NCBI GenBank assembly: GCA_036337435.1
Contig: JAYZEG010000058.1
Span: 247,025-311,024 of the forward strand
Source: Myxococcota bacterium
GTDB lineage: Bacteria > Myxococcota_A > Bradymonadia > UBA7976 > UBA1532
Direction of reading: 5' to 3'
Length of the DNA: 64,000 nucleotides
A program made the translations under genes and the position numbers. This document shows, one piece after another, positions 1 through 10,437 of this stretch (position 1 is its first letter; each line of letters starts with the position of its first letter). Below the pieces are notes generated by a model. It did no database searches. It worked only from the letters and a program-made list of their open reading frames with translations, and was not told where the DNA came from.

Positions 1-482
1 TCCTTGAGGAACTCAGGATTCGAGCACACGACAAAGGGTAGACTAGCCGATTCTTGAATGATCTCTGACACCCGGTCTGTCGTGCCAACGGGCACGGTCG
101 ACTTAGTCAAGACAATCTTGCACCCGTCGATGAGGGTATTCTCACCGCTTTGCAGTGTATCACCGATGGTTTTCGCAACGGACTCAACATACTGAAGCTC
201 AGCAGATCCATCATCGCCTTGCGGTGTTCCAACAGCGATAAATATGATCGCGCCTTTGCGGCATGCTTCGGCTACATCGGTCGTAAAACCCAGGCGGCCT
301 GCCGTTAGGTTTTTTTTCACTAAGTCGCTGAGACCTGGTTCGAAGAAGGGGACTTGCCCGTCCATCAAATGGTCGATTTTTCGTGCATCGATATCGGCGC
401 AGACCACGTTATGTCCAACGTTCGATAAACACGTGCCGACAACCAATCCAACGTAACCACTTCCAATCACAGTAATTTGCAT
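1..482 (-). CDS. ugd: UDP-glucose/GDP-mannose 6-dehydrogenase (N-terminal part; runs off the window)
   Basis: Not in the ORF track. My translation from ATG at 482 on the minus strand gives MQITVIGSGYVGLVVGTC...FFEPGL...IFIAVGTP...TKSTVPVGT...SNPEFLK, with a Rossmann GxGxxG and the KSTVPVGT and NPEFL family motifs. Confidence 0.95.
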   Translation of the reverse strand, partial: MQITVIGSGYVGLVVGTCLSNVGHNVVCADIDARKIDHLMDGQVPFFEPGLSDLVKKNLTAGRLGFTTDVAEACRKGAIIFIAVGTPQGDDGSAELQYVESVAKTIGDTLQSGENTLIDGCKIVLTKSTVPVGTTDRVSEIIQESASLPFVVCSNPEFLK

Positions 483-720
483 ACCTACCTCAACTCGCAT
501 GGGCCTTTGGGAACTGGAGCCACTCGTTCCCCGTTGGGTTACATATAACGAGTCAACATTCCGTGTCTTGTATTTTTCATTACAGTCCAAAATTCCATCG
601 CGCTTTGTTCATCCAACTCGTCTGAATAAATTGGTCATCAAGCATAATGACGATGCATTTTGTCTCTGAACGAGTTAGTGACGAAGTAGACATATCCTTG
701 TGGATGAGAGGTGGATCAAA

Positions 721-1908
721 ATGGGCATTATCGTCCAAAAATACGGCGGAAGTTCTGTAGCCACTCCCGACCAAATCAGTGCAGTGGCGCGGCGAATTAC
801 AGAAACGCGCCAAAAAGGGCATTCAGTGGTTGTTGTTGTCTCAGCGATGGGCAACACCACAAATGAACTTCTGCAGCTGGCGAACCAAGTTAGTTTGAAT
901 CCTCAGCGTCGAGAATTAGATATGCTTTTGACCGTCGGAGAACGGATATCAATGGCACTCTTGTCGATGGCGATTCACGAATTGGGCTACCCGGCTGTTT
1001 CATTCACGGGCTCACAAAGCGGAATCATCACGACGGACAATCATACGAATGCCCGGATCATTAGAGTCACGCCAGTTCGGATTCAGCAGGCGTTGGCGAA
1101 AGGTCAAATCGTCATCGTCGCGGGTTTTCAGGGTGTCAGCGAACGTTTAGAGATCACCAGCCTTGGTCGAGGTGGTTCCGATACAACCGCCGTCGCTCTT
1201 GCCGCAGCCTTAAATGCCGATTATGTAGAAATTTGTTCTGATGTGGATGGTGTCTACTCTGCTGACCCGCGCCTTGTGCCAGATGCAAGGCGAATTGAGC
1301 AAATGAGCTACGAGCACATGCAAACTCTCGCTGATGCAGGGGCTAAAGTTTTAAATGCTGAAGCGGTTGAATGGGCGCGTCGAAACGGGATCGAAATTCG
1401 ATGTGCATCGACTCATGGGACCCAAGAGCCAGGCACCCGAGTGCGTCGAGTGGATGGCTTGGACCATCCCCGTGTTATCGGGGTGACGAAGCATCCGGGG
1501 TTGGTTTATTTGGGGCCGACAGCATTTGGCTTGGAGGCACCGGATAGTCTGGAGAATATCCTTGTCGCCCATGGTGCTTCGAACGCTGTTGTCTGGCGAT
1601 TTTCCGACACTTGGGCGGCCCTTGTCCCTCGGCAAAACATTCATGGCATCGATGCGTTTAAGGGCGCGATCTCAAATCTCTCAGGAATCTTAATTCGGGA
1701 AGATTTGACTCTTGTGAGCATCATCGGACGGTCGCTTACGGCACCGCCCGCGATTCTTCCTATAGCGCGCACTGTTCTTTCTGAGAACCGAATTGAAATT
1801 CATGGGCAGGCATTGGAACCCAATCAAGTGGGATTCCTCATCGATGCGACCAAAGCTGATCTGGCTGTATCGGTCTTGCATGATGCGGTCATTGGGGCGG
1901 TCAGCTGA
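721..1908 (+). CDS. lysC: Aspartate kinase
   Basis: [32 protein letters not shown] and [11 protein letters not shown] motifs, with a divergent C-terminal ACT-like region. Start placed at ATG 721 after a GAGGTGG RBS. Confidence 0.93.
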   Translation: MGIIVQKYGGSSVATPDQISAVARRITETRQKGHSVVVVVSAMGNTTNELLQLANQVSLNPQRRELDMLLTVGERISMALLSMAIHELGYPAVSFTGSQSGIITTDNHTNARIIRVTPVRIQQALAKGQIVIVAGFQGVSERLEITSLGRGGSDTTAVALAAALNADYVEICSDVDGVYSADPRLVPDARRIEQMSYEHMQTLADAGAKVLNAEAVEWARRNGIEIRCASTHGTQEPGTRVRRVDGLDHPRVIGVTKHPGLVYLGPTAFGLEAPDSLENILVAHGASNAVVWRFSDTWAALVPRQNIHGIDAFKGAISNLSGILIREDLTLVSIIGRSLTAPPAILPIARTVLSENRIEIHGQALEPNQVGFLIDATKADLAVSVLHDAVIGAVS

Positions 1909-1982
1909 TCGATGAACAGGAAGTTTGGGAATCTACAATTTGCGAGGAATACTCTCCTTACCCAGAGGTGTTGCTCGTGACC

Positions 1983-2762
1983 ATGAACAGACGAAAAGCC
2001 ATCAAACTGACAGCAGCAGTCTGCGCTGCCATCCTGGCGCCCCGACGCGGCTTGTCCATCGGGCGCGATTCAAAAGTCGGAATCGCCGTTCTCGATCGCG
2101 GGAATTCTCGCCAATTAAGACCCCGTTGTGTCGAGCAATTGATGTGGGAAGTATCAAAGCGAACCAGCATCAACGTGCGCGAAGAACCCGTTTATCTGAA
2201 GCTCACCGATGAATCTTTATTTCGAAACCCCTTTCTGGTGTGGTTTGGGCAAGGTTCGATTCAACCTCTCTCCGAGATGGAGCGCCGACGCTTGTCTCTG
2301 TATCTGCGAGGGGGTGGAACGCTTCTCATCAGCGATGTATCACCACTTGGAGACGATGGTTTCGACACATCTATACGCTCTGAGATGAGCCTGTTGTGGC
2401 CCGACAGAGATTGGATGCGATTGGGCAACGATCACACGGTTTACAGAACTTTTTATCTCTTGGAAACTCCCAAGGGGCGGGTGGCTCGAACAGATCATTT
2501 AGAAGGGGTCATTTTTGATGACCGTAGCCCGGTCATTTATGAGCGCAATGATCTCTTCGGTGCCTTTGGTCGAGAACGATTTGGCGCATGGTCGATGCCT
2601 GTTTTTCCAGGCGGTGAGCGACAGAGAGAAATGGCTTTTCGCACAGGGCTCAACCTCGTCATGTACGCAACATGCTTAAATTATAAGCGTGACCAAGTTC
2701 ATGTCACAGAGATTCTCCGTCGTCGTAACTGGCGCGTAGAGCCGTCCAAAACGATTCGATAG
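1983..2762 (+). CDS. DUF4159 domain protein with possible Tat signal
   Basis: N-terminal MNRRKAIKL twin-Arg-like motif. LxxYLxxGGTLL, HTVYRTFY and REMAFRTGLNLVMYA..YKRDQVH match DUF4159 proteins. Confidence 0.75.
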   Translation: MNRRKAIKLTAAVCAAILAPRRGLSIGRDSKVGIAVLDRGNSRQLRPRCVEQLMWEVSKRTSINVREEPVYLKLTDESLFRNPFLVWFGQGSIQPLSEMERRRLSLYLRGGGTLLISDVSPLGDDGFDTSIRSEMSLLWPDRDWMRLGNDHTVYRTFYLLETPKGRVARTDHLEGVIFDDRSPVIYERNDLFGAFGRERFGAWSMPVFPGGERQREMAFRTGLNLVMYATCLNYKRDQVHVTEILRRRNWRVEPSKTIR

Positions 2763-2764
2763 CT

Positions 2765-5074
2765 ATGCTCAGAGACCTTTTTGATACAGATGGCCAGTTT
2801 AACAGTGCGCATTGGGTTGTGTTGTCTGATTGGTCAGGATTGACTTGGACGGCAGTCGGCTTGCTGGTTTGTATTCTCATCGGATTCAGCTGGTGGAATA
2901 CGCAACCCTTGAATCGAATGCGACGAATTACACTCTTGGCCTTACGAACGGCCACCCTGGTTGTGATTACGTTCCTTTTCATACAACCGGGGATTCGGTT
3001 AGAACATCGAAACATCGTTCGCAATCATGTTGCTGTCCTTATCGATCAATCCAGAAGCATGCTGCTGCCTGGTCAGTCATCTGGGTCTCGATTGGATCAG
3101 TTGAAGCGGTATTTGGAGGCGAACTTAGCCGTTTTCAAATCTTGGCAAACAGAACACCAGGTGGATTATTTCACCTTTGGCCGTTACGTGAAGGCCGTCG
3201 ACGATCTCAAATCTATTCAGGCACTGGGTGAGATGACCGATTTGGCAGGTGCCCTTGATGATGTCCAGAGTCGGTACACGTCAGGCGACCTGGCCGCTGT
3301 CATCATATTGAGCGACGGCACCGATACCACCAAGTTGAAAGAGATCAGTGATCCAAGTTTGATTCCTAATCGGGTTCAAATAGCCATCAAGAAACTCAAT
3401 GCGCCGGTTCATACAGTCTTCATTGGGCCCGATAAAGTTGCCCCAGATTTAGCAATTCAAGATTTATCCTATGATGAGTTCGCATTCGTTCGGAATGCTG
3501 TGACCATTGATGCGAAGGTCTCGGTTTTCGGTTACGAGCAGTTGCGGATACCTGTCACGATGAAGAGAAACGGTAAGGAATTAGGGCGACAAGTCTTGGA
3601 GGTTGTGCCCGGAAAACAAAACTATGAGTTCTCCTTCGAGTTCGTACCTGACGAGACCGGTAAGTCGTCATTTACATTTGAGGTTGGCTCGGCCCCAGGT
3701 GAACAAATTGTCATCAACAATCGGCGAGAATTTGTCATTCGAGTCATCCGAGACAAAATACGCGTCTTGCAAGTTGTTGGTCGACCCAGTTGGGACGAGC
3801 GTTTTTTGCGCAAGCTGCTAAAGAAAAACCCCAATGTGGACTTGATTAGTTTTTTTATTTTGCGAACGTCATCCAGTCTCCAGGTGGCGCGACGCAACGA
3901 AATGTCGCTGATCCCCTTTCCAACACAGGAATTATTCGAACAGCAGCTCGGTAGTTTTGACCTCATCATTTTTCAAAATTTCACTTACCGTGGTTACCAA
4001 ATGCGACAGTATATGCCACTGATTAAGCGCTATGTGCAAAACGGCGGCGGCTTTGTCATGGTCGGGGGCGATATCAGCTTTGCGAACGGGGGTTATGCAG
4101 GTACACCCATCGCGGAGTTTTTGCCCGTGACTCTCCGTGGAGGCCAGCTCGGTGGTGGCGAAAAATCAGATTATAGGCCCACTTTGACGCCCGCAGGACA
4201 GTTTCATCCCATAACAAATTTAAAGCTCTCAAGAGATGAGAATCAAACCGCTTGGCAGAGCTTACCGATGCTCTCGGGTCTCAACCAAGTTGCAGGCTTG
4301 GCCCCTGATTCTGTCGTTCTGCTCGAGCATCCTACGAAGCGGGTCGGCGTAAAAAAGAGTCCTGTTGTTGCCGTTCGAAATTTTGGCAAAGGCCGAGTGT
4401 TGAGCGTTCTGACCGATTCTACATGGCGGTGGGATTTCGAGGCCTTTGGTTTAGGGGCAGATAATCGGAACTATTACAAGTTTTGGGGGAATGCCATCCG
4501 ATGGTTAATTCGGGACCCAGACCTGAAAACCATTCGAGTGACAACCGGCAAGGATCGGTACGCTGTCGGAGATCAGGTCTCTGTGACAGTGCGCTTGCAG
4601 GCTGATGACTATCGACCCGCCATCGATCAACCGGTTCGTGTTGAGGTCGGCAAACGCCACAATGAACAAACCAGCACAGAGGCGCCGATCATTCGCCAAG
4701 GTAAGACCGATAAAGGGGGGCTATTTACTTTTTCGGTCCCCATTAAAACCGATGGCGTTTGGCGCGTTGTTGCGCGTTCTGGAGAAGATCAGGAGCTCGT
4801 TGACCAGGATGTGTTCGTCGTTACATCAGAGCCCATTGAATTAGCGACCACGAAAACCAACCCATTGTTGCTCAAATCGATTTCGTCAATTGGTCAAGGG
4901 CGCTTCCTCGATGATGGCGATGATCTTGCGGACCTCGAGCGAAAGCCACCGTTGCTTCTCCAGGTAAACCGCCGCAAAGATGTTCCACTTTGGGCGAGTG
5001 CTTGGTTACTGCTTCTGGCAATCATTTTGCCGTCTACCGAATGGTTCTTGCGCCGTCGGTGGGGACTCCTGTAA
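2765..5074 (+). CDS. Membrane protein with vWA domain and glutamine amidotransferase-like (DUF1355-type) domain
   Basis: N-terminal TM helices, a vWA MIDAS motif (LIDQSRSM, TDL, ILSDG), YVQNGGGFVMVGG, and a C-terminal TM ending in EWFLRRRWGL. Confidence 0.8.
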   Translation: MLRDLFDTDGQFNSAHWVVLSDWSGLTWTAVGLLVCILIGFSWWNTQPLNRMRRITLLALRTATLVVITFLFIQPGIRLEHRNIVRNHVAVLIDQSRSMLLPGQSSGSRLDQLKRYLEANLAVFKSWQTEHQVDYFTFGRYVKAVDDLKSIQALGEMTDLAGALDDVQSRYTSGDLAAVIILSDGTDTTKLKEISDPSLIPNRVQIAIKKLNAPVHTVFIGPDKVAPDLAIQDLSYDEFAFVRNAVTIDAKVSVFGYEQLRIPVTMKRNGKELGRQVLEVVPGKQNYEFSFEFVPDETGKSSFTFEVGSAPGEQIVINNRREFVIRVIRDKIRVLQVVGRPSWDERFLRKLLKKNPNVDLISFFILRTSSSLQVARRNEMSLIPFPTQELFEQQLGSFDLIIFQNFTYRGYQMRQYMPLIKRYVQNGGGFVMVGGDISFANGGYAGTPIAEFLPVTLRGGQLGGGEKSDYRPTLTPAGQFHPITNLKLSRDENQTAWQSLPMLSGLNQVAGLAPDSVVLLEHPTKRVGVKKSPVVAVRNFGKGRVLSVLTDSTWRWDFEAFGLGADNRNYYKFWGNAIRWLIRDPDLKTIRVTTGKDRYAVGDQVSVTVRLQADDYRPAIDQPVRVEVGKRHNEQTSTEAPIIRQGKTDKGGLFTFSVPIKTDGVWRVVARSGEDQELVDQDVFVVTSEPIELATTKTNPLLLKSISSIGQGRFLDDGDDLADLERKPPLLLQVNRRKDVPLWASAWLLLLAIILPSTEWFLRRRWGLL

Positions 5075-5112
5075 GGCTTTTAACAAGGTTTCTACACAAG
5101 GATCGACTTTCC

Positions 5113-6003
5113 ATGGACACAGATTCGCTCGAGAAAATTGCCAGCGCCTTGTTACGTAGCTATGACCTTGATCAGGCCGAGAGACCCCGCCTTCCAGCCC
5201 GGCAAGTGGTTGTTGAAACATTGGATAAAATACGGCGCATACTTTTTCCCGGTTACTACGCTGAAGAGCGTTTACCGCCCGAGAGTCGCGCCTACTATGT
5301 CGGGACATGGCTGAGCGAATTAGAAACCTGCCTGGCCCATTTAATCGGTAAATCCATTGCTCATGCTGGTCCAAATTCGGATCAGGCTGATCGGTCCAGC
5401 ACCGTCGCTCTCGGTTTCTTACGCCAATTGCCGATGCTTCGCGAACAGTTAAGACTGGATGCTGAGGCCGCGTTGGCTGGGGATCCAGCCGCAAATAGCG
5501 TCGAGGAAGTTATCCTCACCTATCCTGGATTCGAAGCGATTACGGTACATCGAATCGCTCACTGGCTCTGGAAACAAAATGTTCCGTTTCTACCGAGAAT
5601 TATGGCTGAGCATGCTCACACACAAACAGGAATTGATATCCATCCGGGTGCACACATCGGTGAGAGTTTCTTTATCGATCATGGGACAGGTGTCGTCATC
5701 GGTGAGACCACAAACATTGGAAACTGGGTGAAGATTTATCAGGGTGTAACGCTCGGTGCCCTTTCAGTTGAGCGGAGTCAGGCAGGTACAAAGCGTCATC
5801 CGACTCTGGAAGATGGTGTCGTCATTTATGCCGGTGCCACCGTATTGGGTGGTAAAACGGTCATCGGGCGGGATGCAGTCATTGGCGGTAACGTCTGGTT
5901 AACCGGATCGGTAGAGCCTGGTACGACTGTTCTTGAAAGTCCACCCGACCTAGACTTCCGCAGTGGCAATTCGTCCACTGAGCCATCTGAGGATGCAGGA
6001 TGA
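5113..6003 (+). CDS. cysE: Serine O-acetyltransferase (CysE/EpsC type)
   Basis: GDPAA, YPG, TGIDIHPGA, FFIDHGTGVVIGET, IYQGVTLGA and KRHPT motifs. Start placed at ATG 5113. Confidence 0.92.
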   Translation: MDTDSLEKIASALLRSYDLDQAERPRLPARQVVVETLDKIRRILFPGYYAEERLPPESRAYYVGTWLSELETCLAHLIGKSIAHAGPNSDQADRSSTVALGFLRQLPMLREQLRLDAEAALAGDPAANSVEEVILTYPGFEAITVHRIAHWLWKQNVPFLPRIMAEHAHTQTGIDIHPGAHIGESFFIDHGTGVVIGETTNIGNWVKIYQGVTLGALSVERSQAGTKRHPTLEDGVVIYAGATVLGGKTVIGRDAVIGGNVWLTGSVEPGTTVLESPPDLDFRSGNSSTEPSEDAG

Positions 6004-6584
6004 GAGCTGCGCTGATCATCGCGATTCTTATCGTTTTTGGGTTCGCCTACCACTTGTTTTCAACGGCCACCGAGAAAAGGTCGAGTCGACCCAACCAAGT
6101 TAGCCCTGAGTACGTGACCGAGACGGCACTCCCTTTTGAACGGCGGATTGCGCAAGACAAAGTGCGTCCGGATGCGCCTGACGGCAAGGGACCCCAACAG
6201 CCCGGTCAGACAAGAGCCCAAATCGATAATGATTCCAGCGAAAGGGGTGCCGAACCAAGTGGGCCTTTTGAGGTGAGTCTAGGCCAGCACACGGTTCATT
6301 TTCGGAATCACCCAGGCTTCGCTATGAAACTTCGGCTTGGCGTCGTTGTCCAGAGTAAGCTGACTCGGAAAGAAGTACTGCTTAATCGACGAAAATTGAC
6401 AAGAATGCTGTACTTTCTTGGGTCTAATCGACGATTGGAAGGGGCGCGCGGCGATGCAGGCCGTGATCGTCTGATCAGCGATTTGAGCACGCGCTTTTCG
6501 AATGTGATTCGATCAGGAGCCATCGACGCCGTGCAGATTGAAGAGTACGAAGTCGTCGAAGTTCCGAAAACGAACGGTGATTAG
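6000..6584 (+). CDS. FliL-like single-pass membrane protein
   Basis: N-terminal TM, a low-complexity linker, then a ~95-aa C-terminal domain with the FliL pattern (HTVHFRN..FAMKLRLGV..LEGARGDAGRDRLISDL..IDAVQIEEYEV). Confidence 0.55.
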   Translation: MRAALIIAILIVFGFAYHLFSTATEKRSSRPNQVSPEYVTETALPFERRIAQDKVRPDAPDGKGPQQPGQTRAQIDNDSSERGAEPSGPFEVSLGQHTVHFRNHPGFAMKLRLGVVVQSKLTRKEVLLNRRKLTRMLYFLGSNRRLEGARGDAGRDRLISDLSTRFSNVIRSGAIDAVQIEEYEVVEVPKTNGD

Positions 6585-6728
6585 CGACTGCATCGACAAT
6601 TTAGCCTGAGAATAGACTGTTTAGCTGAGCAAATGCTCTCTGGTCGTGGTCTGACAGCGGACTGCCTAAATGCGGCAATTGAGTTGATTCTCACTTTAGA
6701 TAAACCTGATTTCAGTGTAGTAGACCTC

Positions 6729-8948
6729 ATGCGCATATTTTGGATCATTTCTATTGTCGTTGGCCTTGGGCTGCTGCTTGCATCACAGATGATCAACACA
6801 CCCGATCAGGAAAAAATCCATGAACCTTTGGCCGACAAGGCGAGCGTTGAAAACCCACCACCGCGCCCACCGCCCCCACCGCCCCCACCAGACCCTTTGA
6901 GGCCCCAACCGGATCTACCAGAGGCGGATCGGATGACGGTTTTCATCAAGGGTGAAGAGCGGATTGTTGACAGGCGAGCGGCCATCGAGGCTGGCTTCAC
7001 CGAGATTGAACTCGGTGATGATTGGACGCCGGTTATTTTCGAAGAGAAGCGGGATGAATCCGGGCGTCTTCTCCTGAACAGATACAGAAAAACATTTCTG
7101 GACCTTGCTGATGACAAGACGGACGGTGATGGCCGCCCTCTCAAACGAAAAGAGCGCAATTACCTCGAAGTATTTGGCATTCCTCCGAGTATGAAAATAA
7201 TGCGACAGCGGTTCTTGAAGGATGACCAAAGCACCTGCTTAAAAGAGATTGATTATGACCTCATCTCAAGTCTTAAAAATCTCACATACCGGCGCGAGAA
7301 AAGAGAGCAACGACATTTGGGGCAAATGAGGCGGTATCGGAAGCAATTCAAAAAGCTGATGAAGAAGGCCCAAGTCAGCTCGCTTATCGATTTCAAGCCC
7401 AAGACAAAAGAACTGAAGCGCAAGCGTAAGAAACTTCTGGCTCACCAGAAGGAAATGCGTGTGCTCGCAGAGATCGAAAAGCGTCTTGGTTGTGATGGCC
7501 ATATGCACAAACGTTACCGTCACAAGAAGGGACGGTTAGACCAAGGTTTGCGAAATGCGGTTCGGCGCTTTCAGAGAAAGCATAAGATTTATGAGCGTAC
7601 GCGTCTCGCGAAGAAAACCATGAAGATGATGGCCACGCCCCCGGCCGAGACCAATCATTTGGCCTTAGTTCGCGTGCTGCAAGAACGTATCATCAGCGCG
7701 ACCGGAATTTTAGAGGACGGCTCGGTTCAGGAGAGAATGCCGAAAAATTCAACATTTATCGGAATGGATGGACAGTCTCGGCCCATCCGCAATTTAGTCG
7801 ACGAATTTACAAAAACGCTCTTGTCTGAGATCGCGATCGACACACCTCAGAAGGCCGTTGGATTTTTCAAGTCACGGAATAGCGATCGATTTCAATCCTA
7901 TCGAGTTGGGATTAAGTTTCCGCCCCTCCCTGAATATTATGGGTCCCAAATGGACCTTAAATTGGAGATCGATCGAGGGACCGTCTGGTACGAGATTCCA
8001 TTCACAGAATCAGGACGTGCTCGATACCAACGTCGCAAGAAAATGCCTCGAATGACTCTGTATACCCGATACAAGGATCAGTCTATCCCGCTGATTAACT
8101 GGCCGACCACAATCGGAGGTTGGCGAGAAGAGCTCGGTCCGGATGGATATGTTTACTTAAAGTATAAGAATTCAGACGTTGGTGACCGCGTGATTCGCAA
8201 GATCGTAGCCGGTCCGACATGGATTCCACCAAAGACAGAGCCCCTCAGCGCGCTGGTCAAGCGTCGACGGGTCAATGGATTGACTCAAAATACCGTTAAC
8301 TATGACGCCATGGGACCTGGTTATTTGTCTGCATATGGGCTGGTTGCCGGATATTTTGTGATCCCGGGCAAAAATGGTCGCCCCGATCGAGACCTGATGA
8401 TTCGAGCCCACGGCTCTTCTAATTATATGTCGATATTCAGCGAGTCGAAATATTCCCATGGCTGTCACCGATTGATGAATCATCATGCGGTCAGGCTCTA
8501 TGGCTTCATGCTTAAACATCGCAACCACACGGTCCATGGCGATCACCCGAGCTCATTTAAGAGACAATTTTTGTATAACGATGAAGTCTATCGCATCCAT
8601 GTTCCGTCACGAGGCTTTCGCTATGTGATGGATCCACCCGTTCCGGTGACGGTTTTACGCGGTCAAATTTACGGTAAGCAGAAGCGGCGCATCGAGGGTC
8701 TGGTTAAAATTCCTGGCAAACGCTATCCCGGTCCAAAGGAAGAGATCGACGAGGATGAAGATCGACCCGATGACCAGAAAAAAGAAGCACCGTCCTCCGA
8801 CAAAGGCGGTACACCCATCAAGATTGTCGGGCCGCCAAAGACGGTTCCCTCGGAAAGTAAGTCGGTGGTAGAAAAGGTCGCAAAGCCCGACACCAGCACT
8901 GCCCCTGAGACCAAGACTAAGCCATCCAAAGGAGCCTCGAAACAATGA
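6729..8948 (+). CDS. Large L,D-transpeptidase (YkuD-like) with peptidoglycan-binding-like region
   Basis: N-terminal TM and Pro-rich linker. GRLDQGLRNAVRRFQRKH resembles PG_binding_1. Catalytic HGS...SHGCHRL motif, plus PTWIPP. Confidence 0.75.
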   Translation: MRIFWIISIVVGLGLLLASQMINTPDQEKIHEPLADKASVENPPPRPPPPPPPPDPLRPQPDLPEADRMTVFIKGEERIVDRRAAIEAGFTEIELGDDWTPVIFEEKRDESGRLLLNRYRKTFLDLADDKTDGDGRPLKRKERNYLEVFGIPPSMKIMRQRFLKDDQSTCLKEIDYDLISSLKNLTYRREKREQRHLGQMRRYRKQFKKLMKKAQVSSLIDFKPKTKELKRKRKKLLAHQKEMRVLAEIEKRLGCDGHMHKRYRHKKGRLDQGLRNAVRRFQRKHKIYERTRLAKKTMKMMATPPAETNHLALVRVLQERIISATGILEDGSVQERMPKNSTFIGMDGQSRPIRNLVDEFTKTLLSEIAIDTPQKAVGFFKSRNSDRFQSYRVGIKFPPLPEYYGSQMDLKLEIDRGTVWYEIPFTESGRARYQRRKKMPRMTLYTRYKDQSIPLINWPTTIGGWREELGPDGYVYLKYKNSDVGDRVIRKIVAGPTWIPPKTEPLSALVKRRRVNGLTQNTVNYDAMGPGYLSAYGLVAGYFVIPGKNGRPDRDLMIRAHGSSNYMSIFSESKYSHGCHRLMNHHAVRLYGFMLKHRNHTVHGDHPSSFKRQFLYNDEVYRIHVPSRGFRYVMDPPVPVTVLRGQIYGKQKRRIEGLVKIPGKRYPGPKEEIDEDEDRPDDQKKEAPSSDKGGTPIKIVGPPKTVPSESKSVVEKVAKPDTSTAPETKTKPSKGASKQ

Positions 8949-9367
8949 GATATTTCATCATTTTTGGCATTGGTCTCGGCGTCTGTCTACAAGTCAGCGC
9001 CCAAGCACCAAAACCAGCGAAGGCGACCGAATCGTCTGCCGTTTCAACAAAGCGCGTAACCATCAACTTTGGCACCTCGCCCTCGGGAACAGAAGCTGTT
9101 GTTACTTTCGGCAAGAAGATGCTTGGCGTCGTTCCGTTCTCCCATGTGTTTGAATACGATTCTGGCCCGGTCGATGTCACCTTTCGAGCACCAGGGTACT
9201 ACCCAGTGAACACACGTGTCTTTACGACCAAAAGCTATTTGGTCAAGGTCCGAATGACACCATTGGATGCCGGGCAAGACTTGCTTGGATACAAAGAAAA
9301 ACTACCCGACGACGCCGGTGTTCCGGCTGAAGACCAACCGAGTAAATCGGTGCCCAAAACGCCCTAG
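8945..9367 (+). CDS. Secreted PEGA-like domain protein
   Basis: Signal peptide, then TSPSGTEAVV..GKKMLGVVP..VTFRAPGY (PEGA pattern). ATGA overlap with the upstream gene. Confidence 0.6.
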   Translation: MRYFIIFGIGLGVCLQVSAQAPKPAKATESSAVSTKRVTINFGTSPSGTEAVVTFGKKMLGVVPFSHVFEYDSGPVDVTFRAPGYYPVNTRVFTTKSYLVKVRMTPLDAGQDLLGYKEKLPDDAGVPAEDQPSKSVPKTP

Positions 9368-10437
9368 CCAGCACCTCGTCTTTTTGGTAGGTCAATGCCG
9401 CAGATTCGCAACGCTTTCAGCGACGGTCCTCCCAGTCCTAGGTTTTTGATTTCCGACACGTCAAATGCGCGAACATCCTCAAAGGAGGCACGTGCGGGTC
9501 TTCCCTGGCATGGATATATCGAGATATCCCATATTTGATGGGTAAACCCATGCCGTACGGTCTGACACTCATCTTGTGGAATCAGGTCCAAAGTCTCGAG
9601 CACATCATGGCTTTTGCCTTCGACCATGGGGAGACTCCAAAGCCCGCCCAACAGGCCTTTCTCAGGGCGACGAACCAGCCAAATTGACCCGTTATTCGTC
9701 CTCGTTAGACCAGCGACCATTTGAATGACAGGACGTTTTTTCTTTGGCACTCGGACCGGAAGAGTCTCGGGGTCTATTTCTTGTCTGGCCCGGCACAGAT
9801 CCATGACTGGACACAACAGGCACTTCGGTTTCTTTGGCGTGCAGACCGTGGCACCGAGTTCCATCATTGCTTGATTAAAGTCACCGGCTCTTTCCTGATC
9901 GAGGAATTCATTTGCCAGGGTCCAAAATTGCTCCTGGACCGCTGAACGTTTTGGGTCTTCCTCAATTCGGTTAAGACGAGATAGCACTCGAATGACATTT
10001 CCGTCGAGGACGGCCATGGGGGCACCATAGGCAATGGATTGCACAGCTGCGCACGTATAACGGCCCACACCGGATAGACCCCGGAAGATGTCCGGGTCGT
10101 CGGGGACTCGACCGCCATGCTCTTCGACGACCTGTGTGGCGGCTTTGTGGAGGTTTCTTGCCCGCGCATAGTAGCCCAAGCCGGCCCAGTAACCCATCAA
10201 TTCGTCCAGTGATGACTCGGCAAGGGATTTGGGCGTAGGGTAGCGCTCGATAAAGCGATTGAAATAGCCAATGACGGATTCAACGCGTGTCTGTTGAAGC
10301 ATAATTTCAGAGACCCAAACCCACCACGGCAATGGGTTTCGACGCCAAGGCATGTCTCGATTGCCTCGATCATACCAATTGAGCAATGCTCTGCGCATTT
10401 TGATGTGATCTATTTGTCTTTCCATGGGTACACTCAA
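9364..10437 (-). CDS. mutY: A/G-specific adenine glycosylase
   Basis: RDMPWR, WVSEIMLQQTRV, WAGLGYYARARNL, HhH GVGRYT, DGNVIRV, and an Fe-S motif CTPKKPKCLLCPV...C. Confidence 0.96.
   Translation of the reverse strand: MSVPMERQIDHIKMRRALLNWYDRGNRDMPWRRNPLPWWVWVSEIMLQQTRVESVIGYFNRFIERYPTPKSLAESSLDELMGYWAGLGYYARARNLHKAATQVVEEHGGRVPDDPDIFRGLSGVGRYTCAAVQSIAYGAPMAVLDGNVIRVLSRLNRIEEDPKRSAVQEQFWTLANEFLDQERAGDFNQAMMELGATVCTPKKPKCLLCPVMDLCRARQEIDPETLPVRVPKKKRPVIQMVAGLTRTNNGSIWLVRRPEKGLLGGLWSLPMVEGKSHDVLETLDLIPQDECQTVRHGFTHQIWDISIYPCQGRPARASFEDVRAFDVSEIKNLGLGGPSLKALRICGIDLPKRRGAG

Noticed and set aside
483..720. Lysine or SAM-I riboswitch upstream of aspartokinase
   Set aside because: The 3' GATGAGAG resembles the end of SAM-I P1, but the core AGAG/GGAGGG/GCAACC elements and the lysine-riboswitch AGAGGUGC start are absent.
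244..860. Short ORFs 244-456(+), 580-822(-) and 675-860(-)
   Set aside because: They are shadows of ugd and the aspartokinase gene.
6855..6890. C-rich tandem-like tract
   Set aside because: It simply encodes a poly-Pro linker with mixed codons.
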